Source of the DNA: Promethearchaeota archaeon
GTDB lineage: Archaea > Asgardarchaeota > Lokiarchaeia > Sigyniarchaeales > SOKP01
Direction: 5' to 3'
Assembly (NCBI GenBank): GCA_048940645.1
Contig: JBHLOI010000004.1
Coordinates: 54,688 to 118,687 of the forward strand
DNA: 64,000 nucleotides
A program made the position numbers and the translations under genes. Below, in pieces: positions 19,949-29,438 of this stretch (its first letter is position 1; each line of letters begins with the position of its first letter). Below the pieces are notes generated by a model. The model saw nothing but the letters and a program-made list of their open reading frames with translations, ran no database searches and was not told the DNA's origin.

Positions 19949-20283
19949 ATTAACACTCTTTTGAGATTTTTGTCGCTCAGAACTCATATTCCGTTCTATC
20001 ATCACGAAAAACATTCTTTTAAATAAACTTTAACAATATACAATCAGAGATCTTATTAAGAAACGGAAGGATTCCATTAACTCGAGCTAAACATTGGATT
20101 TCGCCCTCTATTAAGCAGAAATGCTTAATTATTTCTAAACCTTATAATTTTTGCTCGAACTATGGATCCTTACGCTTTTTTTTATAAAATTTAAGATTTA
20201 TACAAATATAATTCCAAAAAAATTAAAAAATGCTAGATATTAGATATCCTAGAGTTAATTTAAAAATAAGATTCATTTTATTT

Positions 20284-20412
20284 ATGAAAAAGAAATGCAA
20301 TAAGTGCGGAATGATTAGATCTACTAAAGATTTAGTTAAATTTGAGGGCGGAGATTATATCTGCTTTTCATGTTGGAATAAATATCTTAGAGAGAAAAAA
20401 CTAATTAACTGA
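20284..20412 (+). CDS. 42-aa zinc-finger micro-protein
   Basis: MKKKCNKCG...YICFSCW with two CxxC pairs. Confidence 0.65.
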   Translation: MKKKCNKCGMIRSTKDLVKFEGGDYICFSCWNKYLREKKLIN

Positions 20413-20458
20413 TTTAACTCAAAATTTCTTGTTAATAAGGTTGGGTTCTAAATGCATA

Positions 20459-20674
20459 TTAATCATAAGAAACTAGGTAAGTGTATTTAGTTAAATCAAA
20501 TTTCTTAATTTTTATATCTTTTTTAGAATTTTTTCTTGGAATTAAAGGCATTTTAACTACAATCTTATAATCATCTAAATAGATATTATTGTAAAAGCAA
20601 TTTTCAAACTTGTCCCAATCAATAAATTTACTTAGCATTAACTCATCCTTTTTTGTAGTTGGAAATAAAGACAT
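20459..20674 (-). CDS. Hypothetical small protein
   Basis: 71-aa ORF with a strong GGAGGT SD upstream of the ATG. Confidence 0.6.
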   Translation of the reverse strand: MSLFPTTKKDELMLSKFIDWDKFENCFYNNIYLDDYKIVVKMPLIPRKNSKKDIKIKKFDLTKYTYLVSYD

Positions 20675-20957
20675 TTCATACCTCCAAAATATTTTTGAAA
20701 ATATGATTTAGTTTTATCAATTTTTTGCCTTTGATCGATTTCTCCGAAAATTACCCTTAAACCATTAAATCCTAATAAACTAATGGTATTAACTAAAAAT
20801 CTCTGATAAATCTCTAAACGATTATAATATAAAAAACGACATATTTATAAGTTTCGACCGTTTGATTAAAAGAGTTGTTGAACAAAAGCTTTACTTTTAA
20901 TTTAAGATAATAGAAAAGGAATTATAAAAAGAAGTTTTTAAAACAAGTATGTAAAAG

Positions 20958-22055
20958 TTAGAAATCTTGGTAAAATTCCCTAAAATCTTCGATTTCTTTT
21001 TTTATTTCCTCAATATTTTTAATATCTTCTACTTCAGGATAAGGTATCTCTTTAAATAGATCGACTACAGGAAGATTAAGCCTCCTTCGTGCTTTTTTTT
21101 CTAATTTAGCAAATGGAATTTTAGTTTTGAAGAATTTATATAACTTAAATTTAATTTTACTCAATTTGCCCTCCCATTCTTTAGCAAACTCACCACTTTC
21201 AATGTTTTCAAGTACTTCTTTTTGAAGCTCTTTTATATTTTTAGATACTTTTCGAAATTTAATCGCACGACTTATTGATCCATATTGGGATGTTTGAGAA
21301 TGGTAATTCATTTGATTAATCAAACCAACTTCTGTCATTTTCTCATAGGTGTAACTCATTTCTCCAGAGTAAACTAACTCTACAAATACTGCTTCTGGGG
21401 GATATCCTTTTCCTACTAGCGTATTAATAGAATTCATTAAAATTTGACCAAAACCAGGACCATATGCTTGTTCTGTAAAAAGATCGAGAACCGCTTCTTG
21501 TTTGAAACTAGTTTCAATTCCTGCTTTACTAAGAGCACCAACTCCCTTTGCTAAAGCTAATAAAATTTCTTTAGCCATACCCGAAGCATCTTGATGCACT
21601 CCTATAAAGCTAAAATATCCTTTTTTATTTAAAAATCGTTCTCTAACCCCGATCCCTATCATTCTTGGAGCAATTAATAAAATATCTATGTTTTTTGGAG
21701 GCTTTATCAAGTCAAAAGCAATATTATAACCACTTGCAAAGATTATTGCTTGCTTTTCTTTAAGGTTTGGCAGAATTTCATTTTTATAGACATCTTTCAT
21801 AATTTCATCAGGAATTAGAAAAAATAAGTAATCTGCAAGTTTTACAGTTTCTGCGATTGAATAAGCATCAAATCGATCATTTTCTGCTCTTTTCTTATAA
21901 TCGTCATCTATGTTACCAACAATTACTTTCAATCCAGCATCTCTCATGTTCAATGCTTGTGATCTTCCTTGATTTCCATATCCAATCATTCCTATAACTT
22001 TTCCGTCTAAGAATGATAAATTTCCATCATTTTCATAATAGATTTCTTGTGACAT
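20958..22055 (-). CDS. ilvC: Ketol-acid reductoisomerase-like protein (divergent, possibly NADH-type)
   Basis: GYGNQG..QALNMRD, IPDE, APRM.G..VR, DLFTEQ and SQTSQYG motifs. Confidence 0.85.
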   Translation of the reverse strand: MSQEIYYENDGNLSFLDGKVIGMIGYGNQGRSQALNMRDAGLKVIVGNIDDDYKKRAENDRFDAYSIAETVKLADYLFFLIPDEIMKDVYKNEILPNLKEKQAIIFASGYNIAFDLIKPPKNIDILLIAPRMIGIGVRERFLNKKGYFSFIGVHQDASGMAKEILLALAKGVGALSKAGIETSFKQEAVLDLFTEQAYGPGFGQILMNSINTLVGKGYPPEAVFVELVYSGEMSYTYEKMTEVGLINQMNYHSQTSQYGSISRAIKFRKVSKNIKELQKEVLENIESGEFAKEWEGKLSKIKFKLYKFFKTKIPFAKLEKKARRRLNLPVVDLFKEIPYPEVEDIKNIEEIKKEIEDFREFYQDF

Positions 22056-22379
22056 AAAAATTACATCATATAATATTTAATTCATTTAATATTAATTCAA
22101 TCTTAAAATGTAAGATTTTTAAGAACAAATAAAAATCTCTAATTTTATCTAAAATTAAGTTTTGGACAATTAAATAAAAATAAAGCTTTATATAAATTAA
22201 AATCTAAATTTAAATCAAGAAAAGTCAAATTTGGTAAGTGAGTTTCAAAATTAAGCGTCAATTTCATAAAAATTTTTAATTATATAATCATTTAAAATTT
22301 TGAAATATTTAAAACAATATTTTTTAATTTTAAATTATAAATCTAAATAAAATTCAAAAATAAAAGATATACGTTATTT

Positions 22380-24344
22380 ATGTCTTACGGATTTTTTGGT
22401 AAAATATTATGGATAAATTTATCTAATGGTAAATTTGAAGAAGAAAGTTTACCAGATAAATTGTATCATCAGTATTTGGGAGGCTATGGTTTAGGTTGTA
22501 AAATATTATATGATAATATAGAACCTCGAATTGATCCTCTAAGCTCTGAATCAATTCTTGGATTTTTCCCAGGAATACTTACAAGTACAGCCGCTCCTTT
22601 ATCTGGAAGATATATGATTGTAGGTAAATCCCCTTTAACCGGAACCTGGGGTGATGCTAATAGTGGTGGAATATTCGGACCTGAGATAAAGAAGTGTGGC
22701 TATGATGCGATCTTGGTAAAGGGAATTGCTCAAAATCCAGTATATATATCAATTTTTAATGGCAGTAAAGAAATTTTAGATGCTTCGGATTTGTGGGGAT
22801 TAGATTTTGTCAAGACGGAACAATTTCTAAAAGAAAGATATGGTAAATTTGCTAAAGTAGCAGGAATAGGACAAGCAGGTGAAAAATTATCTAAAATATC
22901 TGGAATTGCAAATGATAAGGGCCGAATTGCAGCTAGATCAGGTTTAGGGGCGATAATGGGATCGAAAAATCTCAAAGCACTTGTTTTAAAAGGAAATCAT
23001 AGCTTGAATATCTATGATAAAGAGCAGTTCATGAATTTAATTAAAAATTATAATAGAATGGGAGTCAAAAAGGAACCAGGAAAGCTGATTAAAGCTATTT
23101 TAAATAAAGTTCCTAATTTCGCTAAATTAATACGGAGATTTAGAATAAAATTTTCAGGTCCAGCAGGAATGATTAGACATATCTATCGAAAATTTGGAAC
23201 TAGTATTGGAAATACTCTTGCTGCAGAAACAGGTGATTCTCCTGTTAAAAATTGGTCTGGAATTGGCATGTATGATTTCCCATTCTCAAAATCAAAAAAC
23301 ATTTCTACGCTTATTATCCATGATTATAAAATTGGAGATTATGGGTGTTTTAGTTGTCCCATTCAGTGTGGAGCAATTTTAAAAGTCCCAGAACTAAATT
23401 TAGAAGAAACACTTCTACCCGAGTATGAGACTTGCTGCTCATTTGGAACGCTTCTGGTAAATGATGATTTAATGTCAATATTGGAGATTAATGATTTGTG
23501 CAACCGTGCAGCAATTGACACTATTTCAACAGGGGCCACTATTGCTTTTGCTATTGAATGCTTTGAAAATGGAATTTTAAGTTTAGAAGATACTAATGGT
23601 TTAGAATTAAAATGGGGAAATTCAAAAGCTATAGTTGAGTTAGTAAAAAAAATTATTAATCGGGAAGGAATAGGAGATCTTTTAGCTGATGGTTGTAATA
23701 TTGCAGCAAAAAAAATAGGGAAAGAGAGCCAAAAATATGCTATGACTTCCCTTGGTTCTGAAGTTGCTATGCATAATCCGAGAACATTTCGTTCCTTAGC
23801 TTTTACATACAATTTTGACCCAACTCCTGGTAGGCATACAGCAGCAAGTGTAGATTTTATTGATATTGGCCCGATTGATAAATTCCAAAAGGGATTTAAA
23901 TTACCAAGAGGTTGGAGCAAAAGTGATAAGATTAAGCAAAAGGCTCAGAGATTAACAACGTGTTTTCATCAAACTTTATGTAGTGCAGGTCTATGTATAT
24001 TTTCAACTCTATTTGGATCATATCCCTTCATGGATCTTATCAATTCCTTAACAGGTTGGAATCTAAATATAGATAATATTATTGAAATTGGACAGAGAAT
24101 TCAAACTTTAAGGCAGACTTTTACATTACGAGAGGGTATAGAAATCAGTAGAAATGAATTGCCCGGTAGAATTACTGGACATCCCCCTGATCAAAAAGGG
24201 CCTGCTAAAGGTCTATCTGTTGAGTATAAAGAGTTCTATAAAGGATATTGTACTGAAATGGGATGGAATCCAGAAAATGGGTATCCATTGGAAAAAACTC
24301 TAAAAGATCTTGATTTGAATTTTGTTATCAAGGATTTATATTAA
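22380..24344 (+). CDS. aor: Tungsten-containing aldehyde:ferredoxin oxidoreductase family
   Basis: KSPLTG.WGDANSGG, AARSGLGAIMGSKNLKA, CFSCPIQC, PEYET, DTIS.G and GLCIF motifs. Confidence 0.93.
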   Translation: MSYGFFGKILWINLSNGKFEEESLPDKLYHQYLGGYGLGCKILYDNIEPRIDPLSSESILGFFPGILTSTAAPLSGRYMIVGKSPLTGTWGDANSGGIFGPEIKKCGYDAILVKGIAQNPVYISIFNGSKEILDASDLWGLDFVKTEQFLKERYGKFAKVAGIGQAGEKLSKISGIANDKGRIAARSGLGAIMGSKNLKALVLKGNHSLNIYDKEQFMNLIKNYNRMGVKKEPGKLIKAILNKVPNFAKLIRRFRIKFSGPAGMIRHIYRKFGTSIGNTLAAETGDSPVKNWSGIGMYDFPFSKSKNISTLIIHDYKIGDYGCFSCPIQCGAILKVPELNLEETLLPEYETCCSFGTLLVNDDLMSILEINDLCNRAAIDTISTGATIAFAIECFENGILSLEDTNGLELKWGNSKAIVELVKKIINREGIGDLLADGCNIAAKKIGKESQKYAMTSLGSEVAMHNPRTFRSLAFTYNFDPTPGRHTAASVDFIDIGPIDKFQKGFKLPRGWSKSDKIKQKAQRLTTCFHQTLCSAGLCIFSTLFGSYPFMDLINSLTGWNLNIDNIIEIGQRIQTLRQTFTLREGIEISRNELPGRITGHPPDQKGPAKGLSVEYKEFYKGYCTEMGWNPENGYPLEKTLKDLDLNFVIKDLY

Positions 24345-24402
24345 ATCTTAATTTTTCTATTATTAATCTTCATTAAAAAAATACCTATAGAGTTAGATTA
24401 AT

Positions 24403-24885
24403 TTGAAAGATGAATCATCATCTAATATTGAATTTTTAGAATCATTTCTTAAAACTGAAATAATTAAAAAAGCTAAAGAATTAAAAGCTAGATATCCTTC
24501 TATTTCGGAAATAGCAGATGGAAAGCCAAAAATTCTAAAAATTAAAAATTTTTATGAAATGAAAGATGAATTTAAAAACTATTATCTTATTAAAGTCAAG
24601 AATTATAACAGCGATCCAAAATTTAGACATTTTTTAGCAATAATTTTAGCGTCTCAAAGCTCTGACTTCTTAGCGTCAATAGCAAAAGAGGCTATAAAAG
24701 AGATTGGTAATATAAAATTAATTCAATTCTCAATTTACCCAAAAAACTTTAGAATAAGTTTATTATCATTAAAAGAAATTCGAAACAAAGATGATTTTTT
24801 GAAATCAGTTAAACTCTTGAAAGATTTAAGAATAAATTTTAAAAAAAAATTAGATAAGATAAAAAATCTAATAGAAAATAAATAA
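24403..24885 (+). CDS. Hypothetical protein
   Basis: 160-aa ORF co-oriented between aor and pyk. Confidence 0.65.
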   Translation: MKDESSSNIEFLESFLKTEIIKKAKELKARYPSISEIADGKPKILKIKNFYEMKDEFKNYYLIKVKNYNSDPKFRHFLAIILASQSSDFLASIAKEAIKEIGNIKLIQFSIYPKNFRISLLSLKEIRNKDDFLKSVKLLKDLRINFKKKLDKIKNLIENK

Positions 24886-24923
24886 TTTTTAAAGAGAAAA
24901 GAAATAATATTAAATTGATTTAG

Positions 24924-26390
24924 ATGTCTTTTCGTGAAAATACTATTAAGATAATAGCTACTCTAGGTCCAGCTTCAAATTCCAAGAATATGATTAAGAG
25001 TTTAATAGATGCCGGGGTAGATATCTTCAGATTAAATTTTTCTCATGGAACGCATGATGAGAAAAGAGAAATAGTTGAAAAAATTAGGGGAATTGATAAT
25101 TATGTAGGAATTTTAGCGGATATTCAAGGACCAAAAATAAGGGTTGGCAAATTCAAAAATGATGAGGCATATAATTTAAATGTAGGTCAAGAGGTAAAAA
25201 TTTACGAGACCGAAATAGATGGTGGAGGAGACCAAACTAGATTTTCCGTGCCCTTAGTTGGATTTCTAAAATCTATGAAGAAAGGAGACTTTTTTTACGT
25301 TAATGATGGGATTATTAAGATCAAAGTAAAAAGTAAAGAAAAGGATCATTTCGTAGGTGAAATAATTGCAGGTGGCTTAATAAGCAACAATAAAGGAGTA
25401 AATATACCCCGTGGTGAATTAGAAACGAGAGTTCCCACCGAAAAGGATATAAAGGATCTTGAATTTATCTCTCAACTAAATCCAGAATTTGTGGCAATTT
25501 CTTTTGTTTCTGGAGGAGATGATGTACTAACTGTAAAGAAACTTCTTGAAAATTATGGTAATAATGAAATAAAATTAATTTCAAAAATAGAACGACCAGT
25601 TGCATTAGATAATTTTGATCAAATATTAGAAGTTTCTGATGGAATAATGGTAGCTAGAGGAGATCTAGGCGTAGAAATATCTCCAGATCAAGTTCCTATT
25701 AAACAAAAAGAGCTTATTTATAAATGTAATAAAGAGGGAAAGCCTGTTATTGTAGCTACCCAAATGTTAGAATCAATGATAAACACTCCTGTTCCAACTC
25801 GTGCTGAGGCTAATGACATTTATAATGCTGTAATAGATGGAACTGATGCGGTAATGCTCTCTGCTGAAACTGCTGTTGGTAAGTTTCCTATAAACTCTGT
25901 TGAATATATGAATAAAATCGCTACTACAGCTAGCCAACACACTCCTTTAAGATCACCCGATGATTATGACTCTGATCGATTGACACATACTCAAACTCTT
26001 GGCCATGCAATCCATGCATTAGCTAAAGAAATGGAAGAATTAAATTTTCGAGGAAAAATCTTAGTAATAACTCGACGAGGTTATGGTGCACGAATGATTT
26101 CAAAATTCCGTCCACCATTACCGATAATTGCGATGACACCATTTAAAAAAACTGCGAGAGAATTACGCTTAGTTTGGGGTGTCCAACCAATCCATATTGA
26201 AAACATAGATTTTTTCAATTTAGATGTAGAAAGCTTAATAGAACAATCTGTTAAGTATGGAGTTGAAATTGGAAACTTAGATGAAAATGAACATGTAATT
26301 ATCTTATTAGTTTCAAGAAAATTTCAAAATAGAGGAAATTTAGTAGGTCTTTATTATATAGGAGAAATTCTCGAACCTAACTCAGATTAA
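24924..26390 (+). CDS. pyk: Pyruvate kinase
   Basis: KIIATLGPAS, RLNFSHG, DIQGPKIR, MVARGDLG, ATQMLESM and MLSAETA motifs. Confidence 0.98.
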   Translation: MSFRENTIKIIATLGPASNSKNMIKSLIDAGVDIFRLNFSHGTHDEKREIVEKIRGIDNYVGILADIQGPKIRVGKFKNDEAYNLNVGQEVKIYETEIDGGGDQTRFSVPLVGFLKSMKKGDFFYVNDGIIKIKVKSKEKDHFVGEIIAGGLISNNKGVNIPRGELETRVPTEKDIKDLEFISQLNPEFVAISFVSGGDDVLTVKKLLENYGNNEIKLISKIERPVALDNFDQILEVSDGIMVARGDLGVEISPDQVPIKQKELIYKCNKEGKPVIVATQMLESMINTPVPTRAEANDIYNAVIDGTDAVMLSAETAVGKFPINSVEYMNKIATTASQHTPLRSPDDYDSDRLTHTQTLGHAIHALAKEMEELNFRGKILVITRRGYGARMISKFRPPLPIIAMTPFKKTARELRLVWGVQPIHIENIDFFNLDVESLIEQSVKYGVEIGNLDENEHVIILLVSRKFQNRGNLVGLYYIGEILEPNSD

Positions 26391-26545
26391 AGATATTAAT
26401 AAATTTTTTTTATTTGGCTTCATAAAAATATTATATTTTTTCTCATTAACAAATTAAGACTTTAAGTATAAGTGAAAACTTAAAATATAAAAAACCTAAA
26501 TATTATTTAAAATCAATTTAAAATAGAAAATGAAGGATTGAGGTA

Positions 26546-27001
26546 ATGAATGATATGGGAGAATCAACTGGTTGGAAACATGAATCACTTGCCTCTGGTA
26601 TGGGTAAATGGGCTTGGATTGTTGTACTTATAAACGGAATATTAGAAATTATCTGGTGGCTATGGAGTTTAATTCCTATTATACAGTGGAACATCGCATT
26701 TCCAAGTTATCGTATATCAATGTTTAGGCAAGTTTGGTGGATAATCTGGGGAGTATTATTAATTATTTTGGCAGTAGCAATTATTAAACCAAAGTTTTCA
26801 GATAAATGTGCTGCAAAGGATTGGGATGCTTTATATGAATGGATACTACCTCTTGGGAAACTTAGAGTGCCGTGGATGCTAATATGGGGAATCATCGTTG
26901 AGATCTTTGGTTTTTGGGGATGGGCAGGTATACTAATTATTGTTCCAGCATGTTTGCTATTATTTGCTGGTCCAAAGAAGTTTAATTGGAAAACAGAATA
27001 G
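26546..27001 (+). CDS. Trp-rich small membrane protein
   Basis: Three to four hydrophobic segments with many Trp residues; GAGGT SD. Confidence 0.75.
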   Translation: MNDMGESTGWKHESLASGMGKWAWIVVLINGILEIIWWLWSLIPIIQWNIAFPSYRISMFRQVWWIIWGVLLIILAVAIIKPKFSDKCAAKDWDALYEWILPLGKLRVPWMLIWGIIVEIFGFWGWAGILIIVPACLLLFAGPKKFNWKTE

Positions 27002-27093
27002 TAAATTTTTTTAAACCTTTTTTTTTATTTCTAATCACTATAATTGTTCTGAATAAAGAAAGGCTTATATTTATGTGAATTTAATTTTATTTC

Positions 27094-27927
27094 ATGAATT
27101 TTGAACATTTAATTTATGAAGAAAAAGAACAAGTAGCATATATAACTCTAAATCGACCTAAAGTTTTGAATGCCTTAAGTATCAAACTTTCTGACGAAAT
27201 TGTAAATATAATTGAACTAGTGCGTCAATCTACCAAAATAAAATTTTTAGTAATTAAAGGAGCTGGAAACAATTTTTGTGTAGGTGATGACATTACTGAA
27301 ATGATGAAATGGGGTGATGCAAATGATATTACTAGAAGAGCTAGGTATTATCAAAATATGGCGAATCAACTTGAGGAATTAGATAAAATTACAATTTGCG
27401 CTGTAGATGGATATGCTGTTGGTGGTGGTTTAGAAATAACTATGGCTTGTGATTTTGTTATTGCCACAGAGCGAGCTAAATGGGGAATGCCTGAGGTAGA
27501 TGTAGGAATCACTCCAGGTTGGGGTGGAACTACTAGACTTGCACGTTTAATCGGAAGACGTAGGGCAAAAGAAATAAACCTTATTGGAGCTTTACATACT
27601 GCAAAACGTGCTGTCGAGTGGAATCTCTGGAATCGAGTAGTTCCAAATGATAAACTTGATGCTGAAGTAGATAAATTACTAGATGTGCTTAAATCTAAAA
27701 ATCAACAGGGATTAAGGCAATTAAAGTTTATAATAAACCGAGGAGTTGAGTGTGACCTTTATACTGCTCAAGGATTTGAAGCTTTATCAGCCGCCCTTAC
27801 TGGTGCTGTAAGCGGTATGTGGAAAATAAAAGATGCAGACCAAGGTTTGGGGATTTTGGCTTTCTCTAAAAAAAATGAATTATGGGAAAAAAGAAGAAGT
27901 TTAGCGAGACATTTTTGGGTTGACTAA
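27094..27927 (+). CDS. Enoyl-CoA hydratase
   Basis: NRPKVLNAL, GGGLEI and MPEVDVGITPGWGGT motifs. Confidence 0.93.
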   Translation: MNFEHLIYEEKEQVAYITLNRPKVLNALSIKLSDEIVNIIELVRQSTKIKFLVIKGAGNNFCVGDDITEMMKWGDANDITRRARYYQNMANQLEELDKITICAVDGYAVGGGLEITMACDFVIATERAKWGMPEVDVGITPGWGGTTRLARLIGRRRAKEINLIGALHTAKRAVEWNLWNRVVPNDKLDAEVDKLLDVLKSKNQQGLRQLKFIINRGVECDLYTAQGFEALSAALTGAVSGMWKIKDADQGLGILAFSKKNELWEKRRSLARHFWVD

Positions 27928-28153
27928 ACAAAAAGATTATAATTTCACCAATTATTAATAATAATTTTTATTTTCTATAGAAGTGATTGTTATACATTAG
28001 GATAACTTCTATCCACCAATTAGTAAAAATTAAGAAATAAGTGTTTTTTTAAAATTTGCAGGAAAAAAAAACAATGACCCGAAATTGACAAAAAAAATTC
28101 TATAAAAATATAAATTAGAAGTAAATTATCATCATATTCATAATTTTATTGAT

Positions 28154-28324
28154 TTACTCTTTAATTACCCCTTGATGCTTCTCATAATCTTCTTTAGTGA
28201 TATCCCTAAGACTATCTTTTTTACCGCAGTTTTCACAATATACTCTTTCCATATTAGAAAACTCTCCGCAATTAGTACAAATATATGGATATGATTTCTT
28301 AAATGTTTTCCATTTAACCTTCAT
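28154..28324 (-). CDS. 56-aa zinc-ribbon micro-protein (not in ORF track)
   Basis: MKVKWKTFKKSYPYICTNCGEFSNMERVYCENCGKKDSLRDITKEDYEKHQGVIKE*, with two CxxCG knuckles. Transcribed divergently from grpE. Confidence 0.75.
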   Translation of the reverse strand: MKVKWKTFKKSYPYICTNCGEFSNMERVYCENCGKKDSLRDITKEDYEKHQGVIKE

Positions 28325-28647
28325 TTTTCTTCTCTTCTTTCCTAATCATTATCTTATATTATTTAACTATATTATTAAATCTATAAAAATTGTAAAAACT
28401 TAAAAGTTCTATTATATTTCTATAATATTTTAATTATAGAACCATAATTCCAAAATAATAATCAAAAAGAGGAATCAAACTAATTCTGTTTTGTTACTGT
28501 TTAATTGAAAACACTAATCGATTAAAAGTTTATTAATTTTAAATTAAAAAATATATTTTAAAATTCTAAATACAATTTTTTAAGATATATCTATATAAGT
28601 ATTAATTTTAATCAAAAAGTAACTTTATGCGCATTATTATTTAAAAT

Positions 28648-28734
28648 CGAAACCTTTAAATACTTATTTCAACATATAGTAATTGACAATCATTAGTTGA
28701 CAATAAAAATTAATTGACAAAAATAAATTGAAAA
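28648..28734 (+). promoter_or_regulatory. BRE/TATA promoter of the chaperone cluster followed by TTGACAA direct repeats
   Basis: CGAAACC-TTTAAATA at 28648-28662. TTGACAA at 28683, 28697 and 28714, plus TTGAAAA at 28728. Confidence 0.65.
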
Positions 28735-29411
28735 AAATGGTATTTGAAGATTTTTATGATGGATTTTTCAATGCTCGGAGGTCATTAGAGGACCCTTATA
28801 GCAAGATTACAATATCTAAAGCCGAATATAGGCAATTGAGAGAAATTGCTGAAAAATATGAGACTTTAGTTGAGAAATTTAAAGATATCGAAGCTAAAAA
28901 ATCAGAATTACACAAACAACTTGAGGAAATGAGAGATGATGGTAGAAAGCTTAAAGATTTAGAGGAGAAGACAGAAAAATATTTAAATTCACTCGTAAGA
29001 GTGCAAGCTGATTTCGAAAATTATAAGAAATCAAATCATCGTGAAAATGAAAGGTACAAGATGAGAATAAAGGAAGAAATACTAAAAAAATTGATTATAC
29101 ATTATGAAGATTTACAACGGGCATTAAAAATCTTAGAGACTTTAGAAAACATTGAGCATGTAAAAAAAGGGTTTAAGATGATTATAAAGAACTTTGAAAA
29201 ATTTCTCGAAGAAGAGGGAGTAAGAGAGATGAAATGTGAAGGCCAGAAATTTGATCCTTATAAACATGAAGCTCTTATGGTTGAAGAGAACGATAATCTC
29301 CCTGAAAATACTATTATTGAAGAATTAGATAAAGGTTATTATTTTAATAACACTATATTGAAACCCGCAGGGGTTAAAGTATCAAAATTAAAATTTAATA
29401 CAAAAAATTAA
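28728..29411 (+). CDS. grpE: Nucleotide exchange factor GrpE with an extended N-terminal coiled coil
   Basis: RVQADFENYKK, GQKFDPYKHEA and KGY...ILKPAGVKVS motifs. Confidence 0.95.
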   Translation: MKKMVFEDFYDGFFNARRSLEDPYSKITISKAEYRQLREIAEKYETLVEKFKDIEAKKSELHKQLEEMRDDGRKLKDLEEKTEKYLNSLVRVQADFENYKKSNHRENERYKMRIKEEILKKLIIHYEDLQRALKILETLENIEHVKKGFKMIIKNFEKFLEEEGVREMKCEGQKFDPYKHEALMVEENDNLPENTIIEELDKGYYFNNTILKPAGVKVSKLKFNTKN

Positions 29412-29438
29412 AAAAAAAAAAGAAAAAAGTGAAGAAAT

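Noticed and set aside
19975-20006. Minus-strand GTGATGA...CTGA with a short hairpin, resembling a C/D box sRNA or SECIS
   Set aside because: Only ~18 nt separate the boxes and the stem is 5 bp. There is no C'/D' pair, and no in-frame TGA selenoprotein candidate nearby.
28197-28403. 68-aa plus-strand ORF
   Set aside because: Shadow of the minus-strand zinc-ribbon ORF 28154-28324.
28683-28720. TTGACA as bacterial -35 boxes
   Set aside because: The context is archaeal with a clear BRE/TATA upstream, so a repeated operator is the better reading.
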